A DNA stretch of 64,000 nucleotides from an uncultured Clostridia bacterium (GCA_947630545.1 CANRHX010000005.1:44-64043); one strand, 5' to 3'. Counted from the first letter of the stretch, positions 1-11,100 are shown. Program-made: numbers and translations. The notes: generated from the letters alone by a model not told the origin.

Positions 1-104
1 GAATTTTTGCTCAGTTCTATTATACAATTTACATAAATTTGCCCAAGCTCCTTTTTTAATTTTGATACTTAAAACTTCTTCTCTACCTTTTTTTGTTTTT
101 CGCC

Positions 105-1517
105 TTAAGCATTCAGCCCTACGATATATAAAATGGGGCGAAATCCATAGTAAGTGCCTATGACGTTTGATAAATGCGCGCGGGCACCCGCACACCAATA
201 ATAATCGGCGTACTGTCCTCCTCGAAAGACATACGGCTCGATGGCGTTACGCTCGTTGATGAAGCTAGAGCGTTCTGTTGTCAATTCTTGCATATTACCT
301 GCCATATCATTTATTTTACATTTCTCATCTCCTCTATCTCCTGTGTTTGAAAGTTTACCTATATCATCTCCTTGATAAGCATAATAATTTCCATCTTTAT
401 CGCATTTCATTATATACACTATCGCTGTATCCCATGCATAACTATTTATTAAATCACTTGTATATATTGTTGTTTCTCCTTTTTTTACATCGTTATATAA
501 ATTTCGTGATTCTTCTTTTGCTTTCTCTATTTCTATACCATTATATACTAATACTCCTGCTTTGCATACTGCTTCATTTTCATTTTCTTTTCCCATTTCA
601 TATCTTCCTATATAATATCCTTTGGCTTTATTCGTTTGGGTTTTGAATTCTTCTATATCCCTTGCTCCTGACTCGTCTGATATTTCTGTAAAATAATCTT
701 CTATAACATCTTTTCCTTCTTTAGGTGCGTCTAAGTCACCCAAAAAATCATATCTTCCTAATTGTATTACTCCCATTTCACCATCATGAAATTTTATTTT
801 TTGCTCTACTGGCACCCATACAAATTGGTTTCCTTTTTTTGTTGAATCTTCACTTGCATCTTCTATTACTATTCCTCCTTCTAATGTATCGGCTGAATCA
901 GTTGCTTGTTTAAAACCAGCTGGGATTACTACTTGTTGCTCCTCTCCTTCGGTTTCCTTTTTTACTATTGTATTTTTTTTTGATGGTAATTCTGCTTTAC
1001 TATTTAGGTCTGCAAATGAATCAACTTCCACCGTTCTTGTTGTAGATGTTTCTTCTCCTGAGTCTCCCGTTGATGCTTTAGTATCACTCCATGTTATTCC
1101 TCCGTTTTCTTCTATTGTTCCTGTTACTGTGTATGATTTTGTGTTTAATGTTATTGTATTATCTGATACTCCTGATGACTCTAACAATTGACTATTTCTT
1201 TTTTCGGCATTTTCTACTGCTCTTCCTGCAGCCTCTTCCACTACTGATTGTGTACTTGCTCCTTCTGTTATATTTCCTTTTACATAGGTATTATTATAAT
1301 AATTTAATAATGCCTCTTGCACCTCCATTGCTATTTCATCTTTTGCTCCTGCTATTGCATCTTTTTGTGCTGCCTCTGTTGCTTTTTGTGGTGCGCTGTT
1401 GTCTCCTGATAACATCGCTATTGTTACTCCTGCAAGGATTAGCAAGACTATTATAGTGATAACAAGTGCTATTAATGTTATTCCTTTATTTTTACATCCT
1501 TTTCCTTTGAAATTCAT
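105..1517 (-). CDS. Pilin-like (prepilin-type N-terminus) protein with C-terminal FGE-sulfatase/SUMF1-like domain
   Basis: ORF 105..1544. Preferred start is the ATG at 1517, preceded by a GGTGGG RBS. The N-terminus MNFKGKGCKNKG|ITLIALVITIIVLLILAGV has a short basic leader ending in Gly followed by about 20 hydrophobic residues, with Ala rather than Glu at +5. The C-terminal part shows FGE-sulfatase hallmarks: FVWVP, IGRYE, YAWDTA, NDMAGNMQE, FRGG, YYGFRP. Confidence 0.6.
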   Translation of the reverse strand: MNFKGKGCKNKGITLIALVITIIVLLILAGVTIAMLSGDNSAPQKATEAAQKDAIAGAKDEIAMEVQEALLNYYNNTYVKGNITEGASTQSVVEEAAGRAVENAEKRNSQLLESSGVSDNTITLNTKSYTVTGTIEENGGITWSDTKASTGDSGEETSTTRTVEVDSFADLNSKAELPSKKNTIVKKETEGEEQQVVIPAGFKQATDSADTLEGGIVIEDASEDSTKKGNQFVWVPVEQKIKFHDGEMGVIQLGRYDFLGDLDAPKEGKDVIEDYFTEISDESGARDIEEFKTQTNKAKGYYIGRYEMGKENENEAVCKAGVLVYNGIEIEKAKEESRNLYNDVKKGETTIYTSDLINSYAWDTAIVYIMKCDKDGNYYAYQGDDIGKLSNTGDRGDEKCKINDMAGNMQELTTERSSFINERNAIEPYVFRGGQYADYYWCAGARAHLSNVIGTYYGFRPILYIVGLNA

Positions 1518-1673
1518 ACTTTTCCCACCTTTCATTTGTACCATTAAGTATTTTACTTAAGGGTTCAAATGAAAGATTACAAAAAAGCTTTTATATCAAT
1601 TGTTTCACACATTTATTTATAATAATAAAACCAAATAATTTTTAAAAAAGTTTTAAAAAATCATAAAAAAATA

Positions 1674-1702
1674 TTGTCAAAAAACTCTTATATTGCTATA
1701 AT
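1674..1702 (+). promoter_or_regulatory. Near-consensus promoter-like hexamers on the plus strand
   Basis: TTGTCA (1674-1679), 17 nt, TATAAT (1697-1702). The only thing downstream is the 1714-1748 hairpin and then antisense of the GGDEF gene. The same bases read TTGACA on the minus strand (1675-1680). Confidence 0.3.
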
Positions 1703-1713
1703 ACGAATTATAG

Positions 1714-1748
1714 AAAAAGTCGTTAAGTAAAATACTTCACGACTTTTT
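1714..1748 (-). terminator. Hairpin terminator after the GGDEF gene (bidirectional shape)
   Basis: Stem aaaaagtcgt/acgacttttt (10 bp) with a 15-nt loop. The A/T runs give a U-tract on both strands. Confidence 0.5.
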
Positions 1749-1792
1749 ATTTATTTTTGTAAATATGCTTGTGTGTGTGCACTACTTGCTCC

Positions 1793-2716
1793 TTATTTTC
1801 TTCTATCTATTGCATAGCTACTACCCATTACAGATTTTGCAGCATGCTTAACTTGAGCACCAATTTCTCCAATTTCCAATATATTGTGGAATCTACCTAA
1901 ATCTGCAACAACAACTCCAATTGAAATTGAAGTAAGAGGAAATTGTTCTATTATTCCCTTTCTATTAGCAACTTCTATATATCCTCTATAATTATCTTCA
2001 TCTGTAAAAAAACTACTAACCTTAGCATCAAAATTTGCAATTATATCTTGGCAAACTTTATCACAATGAATACCTGGTATTATTCCTACAAAATCATCTC
2101 CACCAATATGTCCAACAAAAACATTATCTGACCAATTATTATGCAAAACTTTATAAATTATATCTGCAGTATATACAATTATTTCATCACCTTTTAAAAA
2201 TCCGTAAACATCATTATAAGCCTTAAAATTGTCCAAATCGAAATATAATACAGTAAATGTCTCTCTATTTGATAATCTCTTCTTCAATTCTGCATGTATC
2301 TGTACATTCCCTGGTAACCCTGTAAGAGGGCTTATTCTTCTATTTATTGTAAGCAATCTACTTAAATTTTTTACTGTATAATATAAATATTCTTCATCAA
2401 CTGGTTTTTTTATATAATATTCTATTGACTCTTGCAAAATTTTCATTCTGTGAGATTTCTCTCCATTAGAAGATACCACAATAACAGGAGTTATTGTATT
2501 ATCTTCATCACTTCTTATTTGTTTGCAAAGATTTACTACATCTCTATCTACAGCATCTTCATTAATGATTATAAGTGATGGAATATTTTTTAAAGCTACA
2601 TCAATTTCTTTAGATTTAACATTAATAAATTTATAATCTAAATCATTCTTAAATAATTCTTTAAATACTAATATAGAAGAATCATCATCATCTATTATAT
2701 ATATTTCTTGTTGCAT
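1793..2716 (-). CDS. Response-regulator receiver + GGDEF (diguanylate cyclase-type) protein, variant GGDDF motif
   Basis: The N-terminal receiver has a DDDD acidic pocket, VVSS and KKP. The C-terminal GGDEF domain shows PLTGLPGN, YFDLDNFKAYND and GHIGGDDF. The start overlaps the upstream gene's stop by 1 nt (2716). Confidence 0.8.
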   Translation of the reverse strand: MQQEIYIIDDDDSSILVFKELFKNDLDYKFINVKSKEIDVALKNIPSLIIINEDAVDRDVVNLCKQIRSDEDNTITPVIVVSSNGEKSHRMKILQESIEYYIKKPVDEEYLYYTVKNLSRLLTINRRISPLTGLPGNVQIHAELKKRLSNRETFTVLYFDLDNFKAYNDVYGFLKGDEIIVYTADIIYKVLHNNWSDNVFVGHIGGDDFVGIIPGIHCDKVCQDIIANFDAKVSSFFTDEDNYRGYIEVANRKGIIEQFPLTSISIGVVVADLGRFHNILEIGEIGAQVKHAAKSVMGSSYAIDRRK

Positions 2717-3526
2717 TACTTCCTCCTTTTATCTTTAGTTTTAATTCTTTTTATTTGAACTTTTTTATTTAATATTTCAGTAATTTCTTTTGTATTAAGT
2801 GCAGGGAATGCTTTTTTTAGTCTATATACATATCTATATAACCTTCTCATTATTCTATTTCTTTTAGCTTTAAGTTCTACTAATGCAGTTTTTACATTTT
2901 CTGTAACTTTAGATTTATCAGTTAGCTTATTTTTGCTTTCTTCTTTTATTTCATTTAATTTTTGTTTAATTTGTTCATTTAAATCTTCAATCTTTTTAAG
3001 TTTTATTTTTATATTATTAATTTTTATAACACTTATTATTGCATCAACTATCATAACTGCTAATGATCCAAAAATTATGTTTCTAAATATATCTTCTGGG
3101 ATATTATTTATGCATGAAACAACAAATGGATGAATATAGTTTATAAAACCTACACCTAAAAATCCCCAAGCTATTGAATTAGTTAAACAAATTCTTCCTT
3201 GAAAATTTATTTTATGATCTGAATAATCCCAATATTTCGTTTTAAAAACTTTTTCTAAGAATACTCCCACAATATATTCCCAAAATGTCAAAAGCACTAC
3301 AGAAATAATGAAAGTAATAATTATTTTGCCTTGTAATCGTCCCATTATTAAAAGCATTATAATACTTCCGCACACCATAAATTGGACAAACTGGACCAAT
3401 CAAAAATCCAGTATTTATTATTTTTCTTTCGCAAAACGACCTAAATATTGATTCAAGTATCCAGCCTAAGAAAGAATAAATTACAAAAAAACATACTATA
3501 TTATAAAAACTTATATCCATTTTCAC
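2716..3526 (-). pseudogene. PF06541-like polytopic membrane protein (putative ABC-transporter type IV family), interrupted by a 1-nt frameshift
   Basis: The 94-aa ORF (3242..3526) carries the family N-terminus FFVIYSFLGWILESIF...GPVCPIYG. The family continues in the 227-aa ORF (2716..3399) as GSIIMLLI... in another frame. The frames switch near 3368-3378. Confidence 0.6.
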
Positions 3527-3552
3527 CCTTCTTTATTGCAAGCTCATCATGA

Positions 3553-3574
3553 AAGCCCTCTTTATAGAGGGCTT
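3553..3574 (-). terminator. 9-bp GC-containing hairpin after the Ig-repeat gene
   Basis: AAGCCCTCT-ttat-AGAGGGCTT directly after the stop at 3578. The T tail on the minus strand is weak (TTTCATG). Confidence 0.4.
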
Positions 3575-3577
3575 GTA

Positions 3578-4522
3578 TTATTTTTTCCATACAGCTTTTC
3601 TTGATTTAGATTGAACACCTTGAGAATTATATGCTGTAACTTTTATATAGTTATCGCCTTCTTTTAAAGGAAAATCATATTTAAAATCTTTTCCATCTGC
3701 TTGCATTTTTGTGATTTTTCCATCTGACATTGTCTCTATTTCAACCCTATCTAATGCCACATCATCATGTGCTTTTATTACATAACAATCATTACCTGCT
3801 TCTATTGTTACTGTTGGCATTGTTGAACCTGCAACAGTCTTTTCTGCTTTTTCTTTATTTCCATTAACATCAACAGCCTGTACTTGTAATGTATGTTCTC
3901 CTAGTGAAACATCTAATTCAAATGAATATTCTTTATTATTTACCTCTTTTGTTTGTACTTCTTCATTGTCCCATTTATATGCAACAGTTTTAATTTCATT
4001 ATTTCCAATTAAATCTATTTTTACCTTATTTCCAGATTTTTGTATATCTATACTTATTTCACTTTGTAATGTATAAGTATCTGAAAATACAGTTTCTTCC
4101 CCATTTATATCAGTTGCAATAACAGTAAATGTGTTTTCACCCTTTGGAATATCAATTTTACTTACTTGCATATAAGTTCTTCCATCTCCACTAACTGTTT
4201 GTTCTTCTTCATCATTCCAATGATATACAACTTTATCTATTACTGATGGTTGTGTTGTTGAAATATTAACTATAAGTTGAGTTCCTTCTTTTACTTGTAC
4301 TTCTATTTCAGGTTTTGTTGAAATTTGCTCTTGTTGATTAGAATCTCCACTAGCACTTCCACTATTTTTGTATAAAGCATATGAACTATTGGCTATTAAA
4401 AATACACCAAAAACAATAAGTATTATAGCAAAAAACTTTATTATTGAATTAACATCTTTGCTTCCACCTTTGTTTATATTATGTTTATTATTGACATTTA
4501 CCGTAGATAATATTTGATTCAT
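3578..4522 (-). CDS. Membrane-anchored protein with three Ig-like/FN3-like repeats
   Basis: GGGGGA RBS before the ATG at 4522. One N-terminal TM helix (FFAIILIVFGVFLIANSSY). Three roughly 85-aa repeats follow the pattern (V)xYxW(N)D(E)E...GEN/H T..V.A.D.NG. Confidence 0.6.
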   Translation of the reverse strand: MNQILSTVNVNNKHNINKGGSKDVNSIIKFFAIILIVFGVFLIANSSYALYKNSGSASGDSNQQEQISTKPEIEVQVKEGTQLIVNISTTQPSVIDKVVYHWNDEEEQTVSGDGRTYMQVSKIDIPKGENTFTVIATDINGEETVFSDTYTLQSEISIDIQKSGNKVKIDLIGNNEIKTVAYKWDNEEVQTKEVNNKEYSFELDVSLGEHTLQVQAVDVNGNKEKAEKTVAGSTMPTVTIEAGNDCYVIKAHDDVALDRVEIETMSDGKITKMQADGKDFKYDFPLKEGDNYIKVTAYNSQGVQSKSRKAVWKK

Positions 4523-4552
4523 ATTTCCCCCTTGTTATAACTATTCGAAAAA

Positions 4553-4581
4553 ATTATATCATAAGTATTTTAAAAAGTAAA
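4553..4581 (-). promoter_or_regulatory. Possible extended -10 promoter for the Ig-repeat gene
   Basis: On the minus strand: TTTACT, 17 nt, TGaTATAAT, located between the adhesin stop (4584) and the ATG at 4522. Confidence 0.35.
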
Positions 4582-7500
4582 TCTTATAATACATATTTTT
4601 TAATTAAGAATATTCCTCCTGCTATTATTACTAATATGCCTGTTCCTAACATTATATATGTTGCTTCTATACCTGTTGCTACTGATAACATTACTGGTGC
4701 GTCATCTATATCATCTTCTCCTGGTTTCTTATTGTCTGGTGTTGAATCTTTATCTGGTACTCCCCATTCATTGTAATCTTCTGATATTTCTGCTGTATTT
4801 GTTTTTAATCCTAAATTGTTTGATCCATTTATCCATGTTAATAATACTTCTACATCAGCATATTCTCCTGGTTGTAATAATGTATTTTCTAGTTTTCTTG
4901 TTGATATTACATTATTTCCTTCATCTTTCCAATCTGGATTATCTTTTGCTACAAATTTTAGTCCTTTTGGTATATAATCTGTTACTTCTTTTGCATATCC
5001 TGCTATCTCTCCTTGATTATATACTCTTATTGAATATCTGAATTTTACTGTTACTTTTGATAGTTTCTTTCTATGTAATTCTACTTTTACTACATCTTCT
5101 GGGTCATCCCATGCATCATGTCCTGTTTTTGTTACTTTTGTTTTTCCATCTTCTATTACTATAGCTTCTGTTACCCATTTTCTTAATGCTAAGTCAAATT
5201 CTGGTACTCTTATTTTCTCTATGTCTTGGTCATCTTCTCCTTCATTCCATTCATCTGGTTTTGAGTCTATATCTTCAACTTCATCACCGTTTTCGTCTGT
5301 GTCATCTGATATTTGTGCATAGTTGATTAATATTCTTTTACTTCCATTTGGCTCTGTTACTCTAAATGCTACTTTTATATCTTTATAGTCTGGGTTTGTA
5401 TCTGATATTTCTTTACTTTCATCAAAAGTCTTTAGTAAGTTTGGATTTTCTTCTTCTTCTGATGTCTTTCTTTCTTCTCCTTGTTCTTTTGATAGGTAGT
5501 CTGTTCTTATTATTACTGCTTTGCTTGCATCTTCTGTTTCTATATATTTCTTTACTTCTGAACTTCCATTTACTTTACATTCAATAACTTTTGATTCATC
5601 TTCTACTTCTGTTCCTTCTTTTAGTTCTGTGTACATTACCCATCTGTATTCTTTGTTTGTATCATGCTCTGGTAAAAATTCTACTCCATCTGGAATGTCA
5701 TCTGTTATTACTGATGCGTATCCGTCTATTTGACCTTCATTAAATATTCTTAATGTATATGTTACTACATTTCCATTTACTACATTTACTGGTTCTTTAG
5801 TATGTTCGTAAGTTATTTTTCCATCTGCATATTTTACTTGTGGTACTCTTGTTGTTACATCTTTATCTTCTACTTTTGTTATGAATTTTCTTAATGCTAA
5901 GTCAAAATTTAATGGTTTATTTTCTATTAATCTATTTGTTGTTTCTTTTGACTCTTCTTCTTTTATTAATACTTCTACATCTTCTTTATAAGTACCATTA
6001 TTTATTGTTACTTCTATTGGTTCTTTTATTGTTGCATATCCTTCTGGCGCTTTTGTTTCTACTATCCAATATTTTGTTCCTGGTATTACTCTTGCGTTTG
6101 CTTCTCCTTGTATATATGTTCCATCAGTTTTTTTGTTGCTTTCATTATCTTTTGCATCTTCTCCATATTCTAATCCTACAAATTCTACAAGTCCATTTTC
6201 TCCTGATTTTGCTGTTTGTACTGCATTTGTTTTATTTTCTGCATCTTCCCTTGTTCTATATATTGCAAATTCCGCATCTTTTAATGCTACTTTTTCTCCA
6301 TTAGATTTTTTGTATTTGTATAATGTTATTCCTCCTGTATGTACTTCTGGTATTTCTGATTCTTTATGGTTTTCTCCTGATTCATTTGTATAGTCTAATC
6401 TTGCTTTATTTGGTATTTCTTTTCCTATTATTTCTGCTAATAATTTTCCATCTTTATCTTTTGCGAATGTTGTTTTGAATTTTACTTCTATTATGTTTCC
6501 ACCATTTTCTTTTATTTTATCAGAAATTATTTGTTCTTCGCTTATAAATGTTAGTTTTAATGTTCCTGAATATTTATTTCCTAATATATCTGATATTGCA
6601 TCTGGTTGTTCTGTATTTTGAGTATATGTTACTTTATAGTCTGTATTTTCTGTTAATTCTGCTACTTTTGTTCCTTTTTTGTCTATAATATTTACTGATA
6701 TTATTCCTTCATATACTAATCTATAGTCTATATCATCTACAATTTCGTATTTTTTATAGTTTGCTATATTTGATGGTAGACTAGAATTTATTACCCATTC
6801 ATGTGGTTTATTTACATCATCATCATATCCTGAATCTTGGTTTTCAACTTCTTTTACACCTTTGTGTATTTCTGGTTCATCATAAATAATTATTTTTTCA
6901 AAGTCATCATCATCTTGTTGTCCTTCAAAGTATTCATCAGGATTTGTCCAATCTTTGTCATCATTACCTTCTCCAATATAACCTTTACTTGGACTATCTG
7001 TAACTAAATCTTCTTCTTGTGGATGTTCACTTGGCTTTGAGTCTATATCTGTTACACCACTCTCATTGTAATCTTCAGAAATCCATGCTATATTTGTATA
7101 TATTTTGTCTCCACCTTCTTTTGCATTTGCTGTTACTTGACATTTAATTGTTACTGTTTCACTATTTAAGGTATTTCCATCATAAGCTGTTATTGTTCCT
7201 TGATTATCTTTTCTTGTTAATATTAATGTATTTGTACTTTCTGTATAAGAATCTAGTTTATATTTTGAATTATCTTCATCATCTATTGCAATGAATTTAA
7301 GTCCTGATGGCAATGTATCTGTTATTGTTTTTGCATATCCATCTATACCACCTTCGTTATATACAGTTAAACTATAATATACAAAATATCCTGGTTTTAC
7401 AACTACTGGATCTTTTCTATGATCATATGTTGCTGTTGTTGTTTCACTTTCTATTGTTGATTCGTCAATATCTGGTGTTCTTGATAGATTTGGAAGTTCT

Positions 7501-8150
7501 ACACCTTCTCCTTGTTCGTCTTCAACTTTTGTTATATATTTTCTTAATGCTAAATCGAATACTTGTAAATCTTCAAAGTCATCATCATCTTGTTCTCCAA
7601 GTCCTTCTTCTGGTTTCTTTGGACTATATTTGTCTGTATCTATATCTTCTGGCTGTGAATCTTCATCTACTTTATTTCCACTTTTGTCTTCTGCTTCTGT
7701 TATTGCTGCAATATTTTTTAAATTATTTGATGTTGCTTTGTTATTTACTACACATTCTACTAATAAATCTTTATAATATTCTTCTTCGTTTAATTTTGTA
7801 TAATCTCTATTTGCTGCTTTTATTATTGTATCTGCTAAATATCTTGTTGTTATTGTCTTTCCATCACTTGTCCATCCATATTGACTATTTATTGTACTTT
7901 CTTCTTTTAAGTCTAATCCTTCTGGTAAATAGTCTGTTACTTCTTTTGCATATCCGTCTATTTTTCCTTCATTATATACTCTTATTGTATATACTACTGT
8001 ATCTCCTCTTGATACTGATACTTTATTTTTTGGATGTTTTTTCTCTGCTGTTGTTGATTCTCCTTCTATTGAACTTTCACCTATTTGTGGTATTCTATTT
8101 TCTATGTTTTTATCTCCTATTTTTGTTATGAATTTTCTTAATGCTAAATC
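4575..8150. repeat. Copy 1 of a ~3.5 kb direct repeat (offset 8296 bp)
   Basis: Compared by eye with 12871..16446. Mismatches occur only at 4630 and 4640, then none found until 7964. Divergence increases over 7964-8150 and similarity is lost beyond 8150. Confidence 0.9.
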
Positions 8151-11100
8151 GAAGTCTGTTGGTATATTTTCTATTAATCTGTTTGTTGATGCTTTTGATT
8201 CTTCTTCTTTTATTAATACATTTATATCTTCTTTATATGAATCATTATCAATTGTTACTTCTATTATATCTTGTTTAGTTTCATAGCCTTCAGGTGCTTT
8301 TGTTTCTACTATCCAATATGTTGTTCCTGGAATTTCTCTTGCATTTTCTCTTCCTTGGATATATGTTCCATCAGATTGTAGGTTGTCTGGACTATTTTTT
8401 GCATCTTCTCCATATTCTAATCCTACAAATTCTACAAGTCCATCTTCTCCTGATTTTGCTACTCGTAGTGCATTTTGTCTTTTTTGTGCATCTTGCTCTG
8501 TTTTGTATATTGCAAATTCTGCATCTTTTAATCCTACTTTTGTTCCATTAGATTTTTTGTATTTGTATAATGTTATTCCTCCTGTATGTACTTCTGGTTT
8601 TTCTGATATATCTTCTTTTTCTTCGTTTGATTCGTTTGTATATTCTAATTTTGCTTTATTTGGTATTTCTTTTCCTAATACTTCTGCTAATAATTTTCCG
8701 CTTGAATCTTTGGCAAATATTGTTTTAAATTTTACTTCTATTATGTTTCCAGCATTTTCTTTTAATTTTTGAGAAATTTGTTGACCTTCACCTATAAATG
8801 TTAGTCTTAATGTTCCAGAATATTTATTTCCTAAAATACTAGATGTTGCTGTTGTATTGTTTGTATTTTGAGTATATGTTTCTTTATAATCTGTGCCTTT
8901 TTCTAATTCTGCTACTTGTTTTCCTTCATTGTTTATAATATTTACTGATATTATTCCTTTATATTCTAATCTATAATCTATATCATCTACAATTTCGTAT
9001 TTTTTATAGTCTGCAATATTCAATGGTAAACTAGAATTTATAACCCATTCATGTGGTTCATTTGTATCTATTTGATTATCATCATTATCATCATATCCTG
9101 AATCTTGGTTTGTAACAGTTTTTACTCCTTTGTGTATTTCTGGTTCTTTATAAATTACTATTTTTTCAAAGTCATCATCATCTTGTTGTCCTTCAAAGTA
9201 TAATTCTGGATTTTTTAAATCTTTATCAGTATTATTATTTCCTATATATCCATTATTTGGAATATCTGTAACTAATTTATTTTCTTGTGGATGTGTATCT
9301 GGTTGTGAATCTCTATCATTTACATTTTTTTCATTGTAGTCTTGTGAAATCCATGCTATATTTGTATATATTTTATCTGCTCCTTCTTCTGCGTCAGCTG
9401 TTACTTTACACTTAATTGTAACCGTTTCACTATGTAATGTATTTCCATCATACGCTGTTATTGTTCCCTGACTATCTTTTCTTGTTAATACTAATGTGTT
9501 TGTAGTATCTGTATAAGAAGCTGTATATTTAGATGTATTTTCATCCTCTATTTTAATAAATTGAAGTCCTGTTGGTAACTTATCTGTTATTGTTTTAGCA
9601 TATCCATCTATGTCTCCTTCATTATACACTGTTAATTTGTAATACACAAAATATCCTGGTTTTACAACTACTGGATCTTTTCTGTGTTTATATGTTGCTG
9701 TTGTTGTTATACTTTTTATTGTTTCATTATCAATTTCTGGCGTTCTTTGAATATTTGGAACTGCTACGTTTGTTCCTTTTTCATCTTCAATTTTTGTTAT
9801 ATATTTTCTTAATGCCAAGTCAAATTCTACAATTTTTAAATCTTCAAAGTCATCATCGTCTTGCTCTCCTTTTCCTCCTGTTGGTGCCTCTGGAGTATAA
9901 TTGTCTTTGTGAACATCGTTTGGAGTTGAATCTCTATCTTCTACATCTTTCTTTTTACTATCTTTTGTTTCTGTTATTTCTGCTATATTTTTTAAGTTAG
10001 ATGATGTTGCTTTATCATTTACTTGACATACTATGTATAATATTTCACTATCTAATTCCTTTGTAGATTTGTTAAATGCACTTAATAATTTTCCTTCTTC
10101 TGCTAACTTATTTGTTGTTATTTTCTTTGGATCATGTGTATCTTGTGTCCAACCATTATTTATATTAGTTGGGTCACTTGGTAAAAAATCTAATCCATCT
10201 GGCAAATAATCTGTTACTTCTGTTGCATATCCATCTATTTCACCTTCATTATATATTTCAATTGCATATGTTACCTTATCACCTTTTGCAACTTCTAAAG
10301 GTGTTTTTGTATGCGTTTTAGCAAGTGTTGTTCCATCATCATATGTTGCTGTATCTGTTGCTAATTTATTTTTTTCATCTTCTGCTATTGAAGGTTTTCT
10401 TGAAGTCTTAATATCACTTCCATTTATTTGGGTTATGTATTTTCTTAATGCTAAGTCAAATTGATAGTTCTTTACATATACATATAAATTTCCATCTTTT
10501 AATTCTACTTTTACTTTTTCTTCTGATTTTATTGAACTTCCACTACTATCTTTTACATCATATGTTACGCTTGATGCATAGTATTTTGAATCATCTTCTG
10601 CTTTATTTACTGTTACTGTTATTGTTCCATCAAATTTACAATATTTATCTGGTGCTTGTATCTCTTTAATTGTATATACATCTGGAGTATTAACATTAGA
10701 AGCATTTATTTTTACAGGTGTTTCTCCTGTAAACTTTAACTCACCAGTCACTTCTTTTTCTTTTTCTGCTGTATCCCCTGGTCCTTTGACACTAAATTTT
10801 GCTTTACTACTAAGATTTTTTCCTTCTGCATCTTGCTTTACAATGTATATATCATATGATCCTCTTTTAGGCATTACTTTTACTTTTTCAAAATCATCAT
10901 CATCTTGTTGTCCTTCATAATATTTAGTAGCATCACTTAAATCTGTTTCTGATGTGTAATTAGTTTTTCCTGTATAACCTAAACTATTTGTTGTTCTTAA
11001 ATCTTCTTTAGTATAATCACTTGAACCATTCTTTGGATAATCTCCTGGTGCTGAGTCTCTATCATGTCCAATTATACTTCCACTATATGGATTGTCTGAT

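Noticed and set aside
1-104. Possible gene fragment at the left window edge
   Set aside because: No open frame with an RBS exists on either strand. It is treated as the 3' flank of the pilin-like gene.
4584-4706. Canonical LPXTG sortase motif
   Set aside because: Neither adhesin contains LPXTG near the C-terminus, only SVATG. This is reported as a hypothesis rather than a sortase-substrate call.
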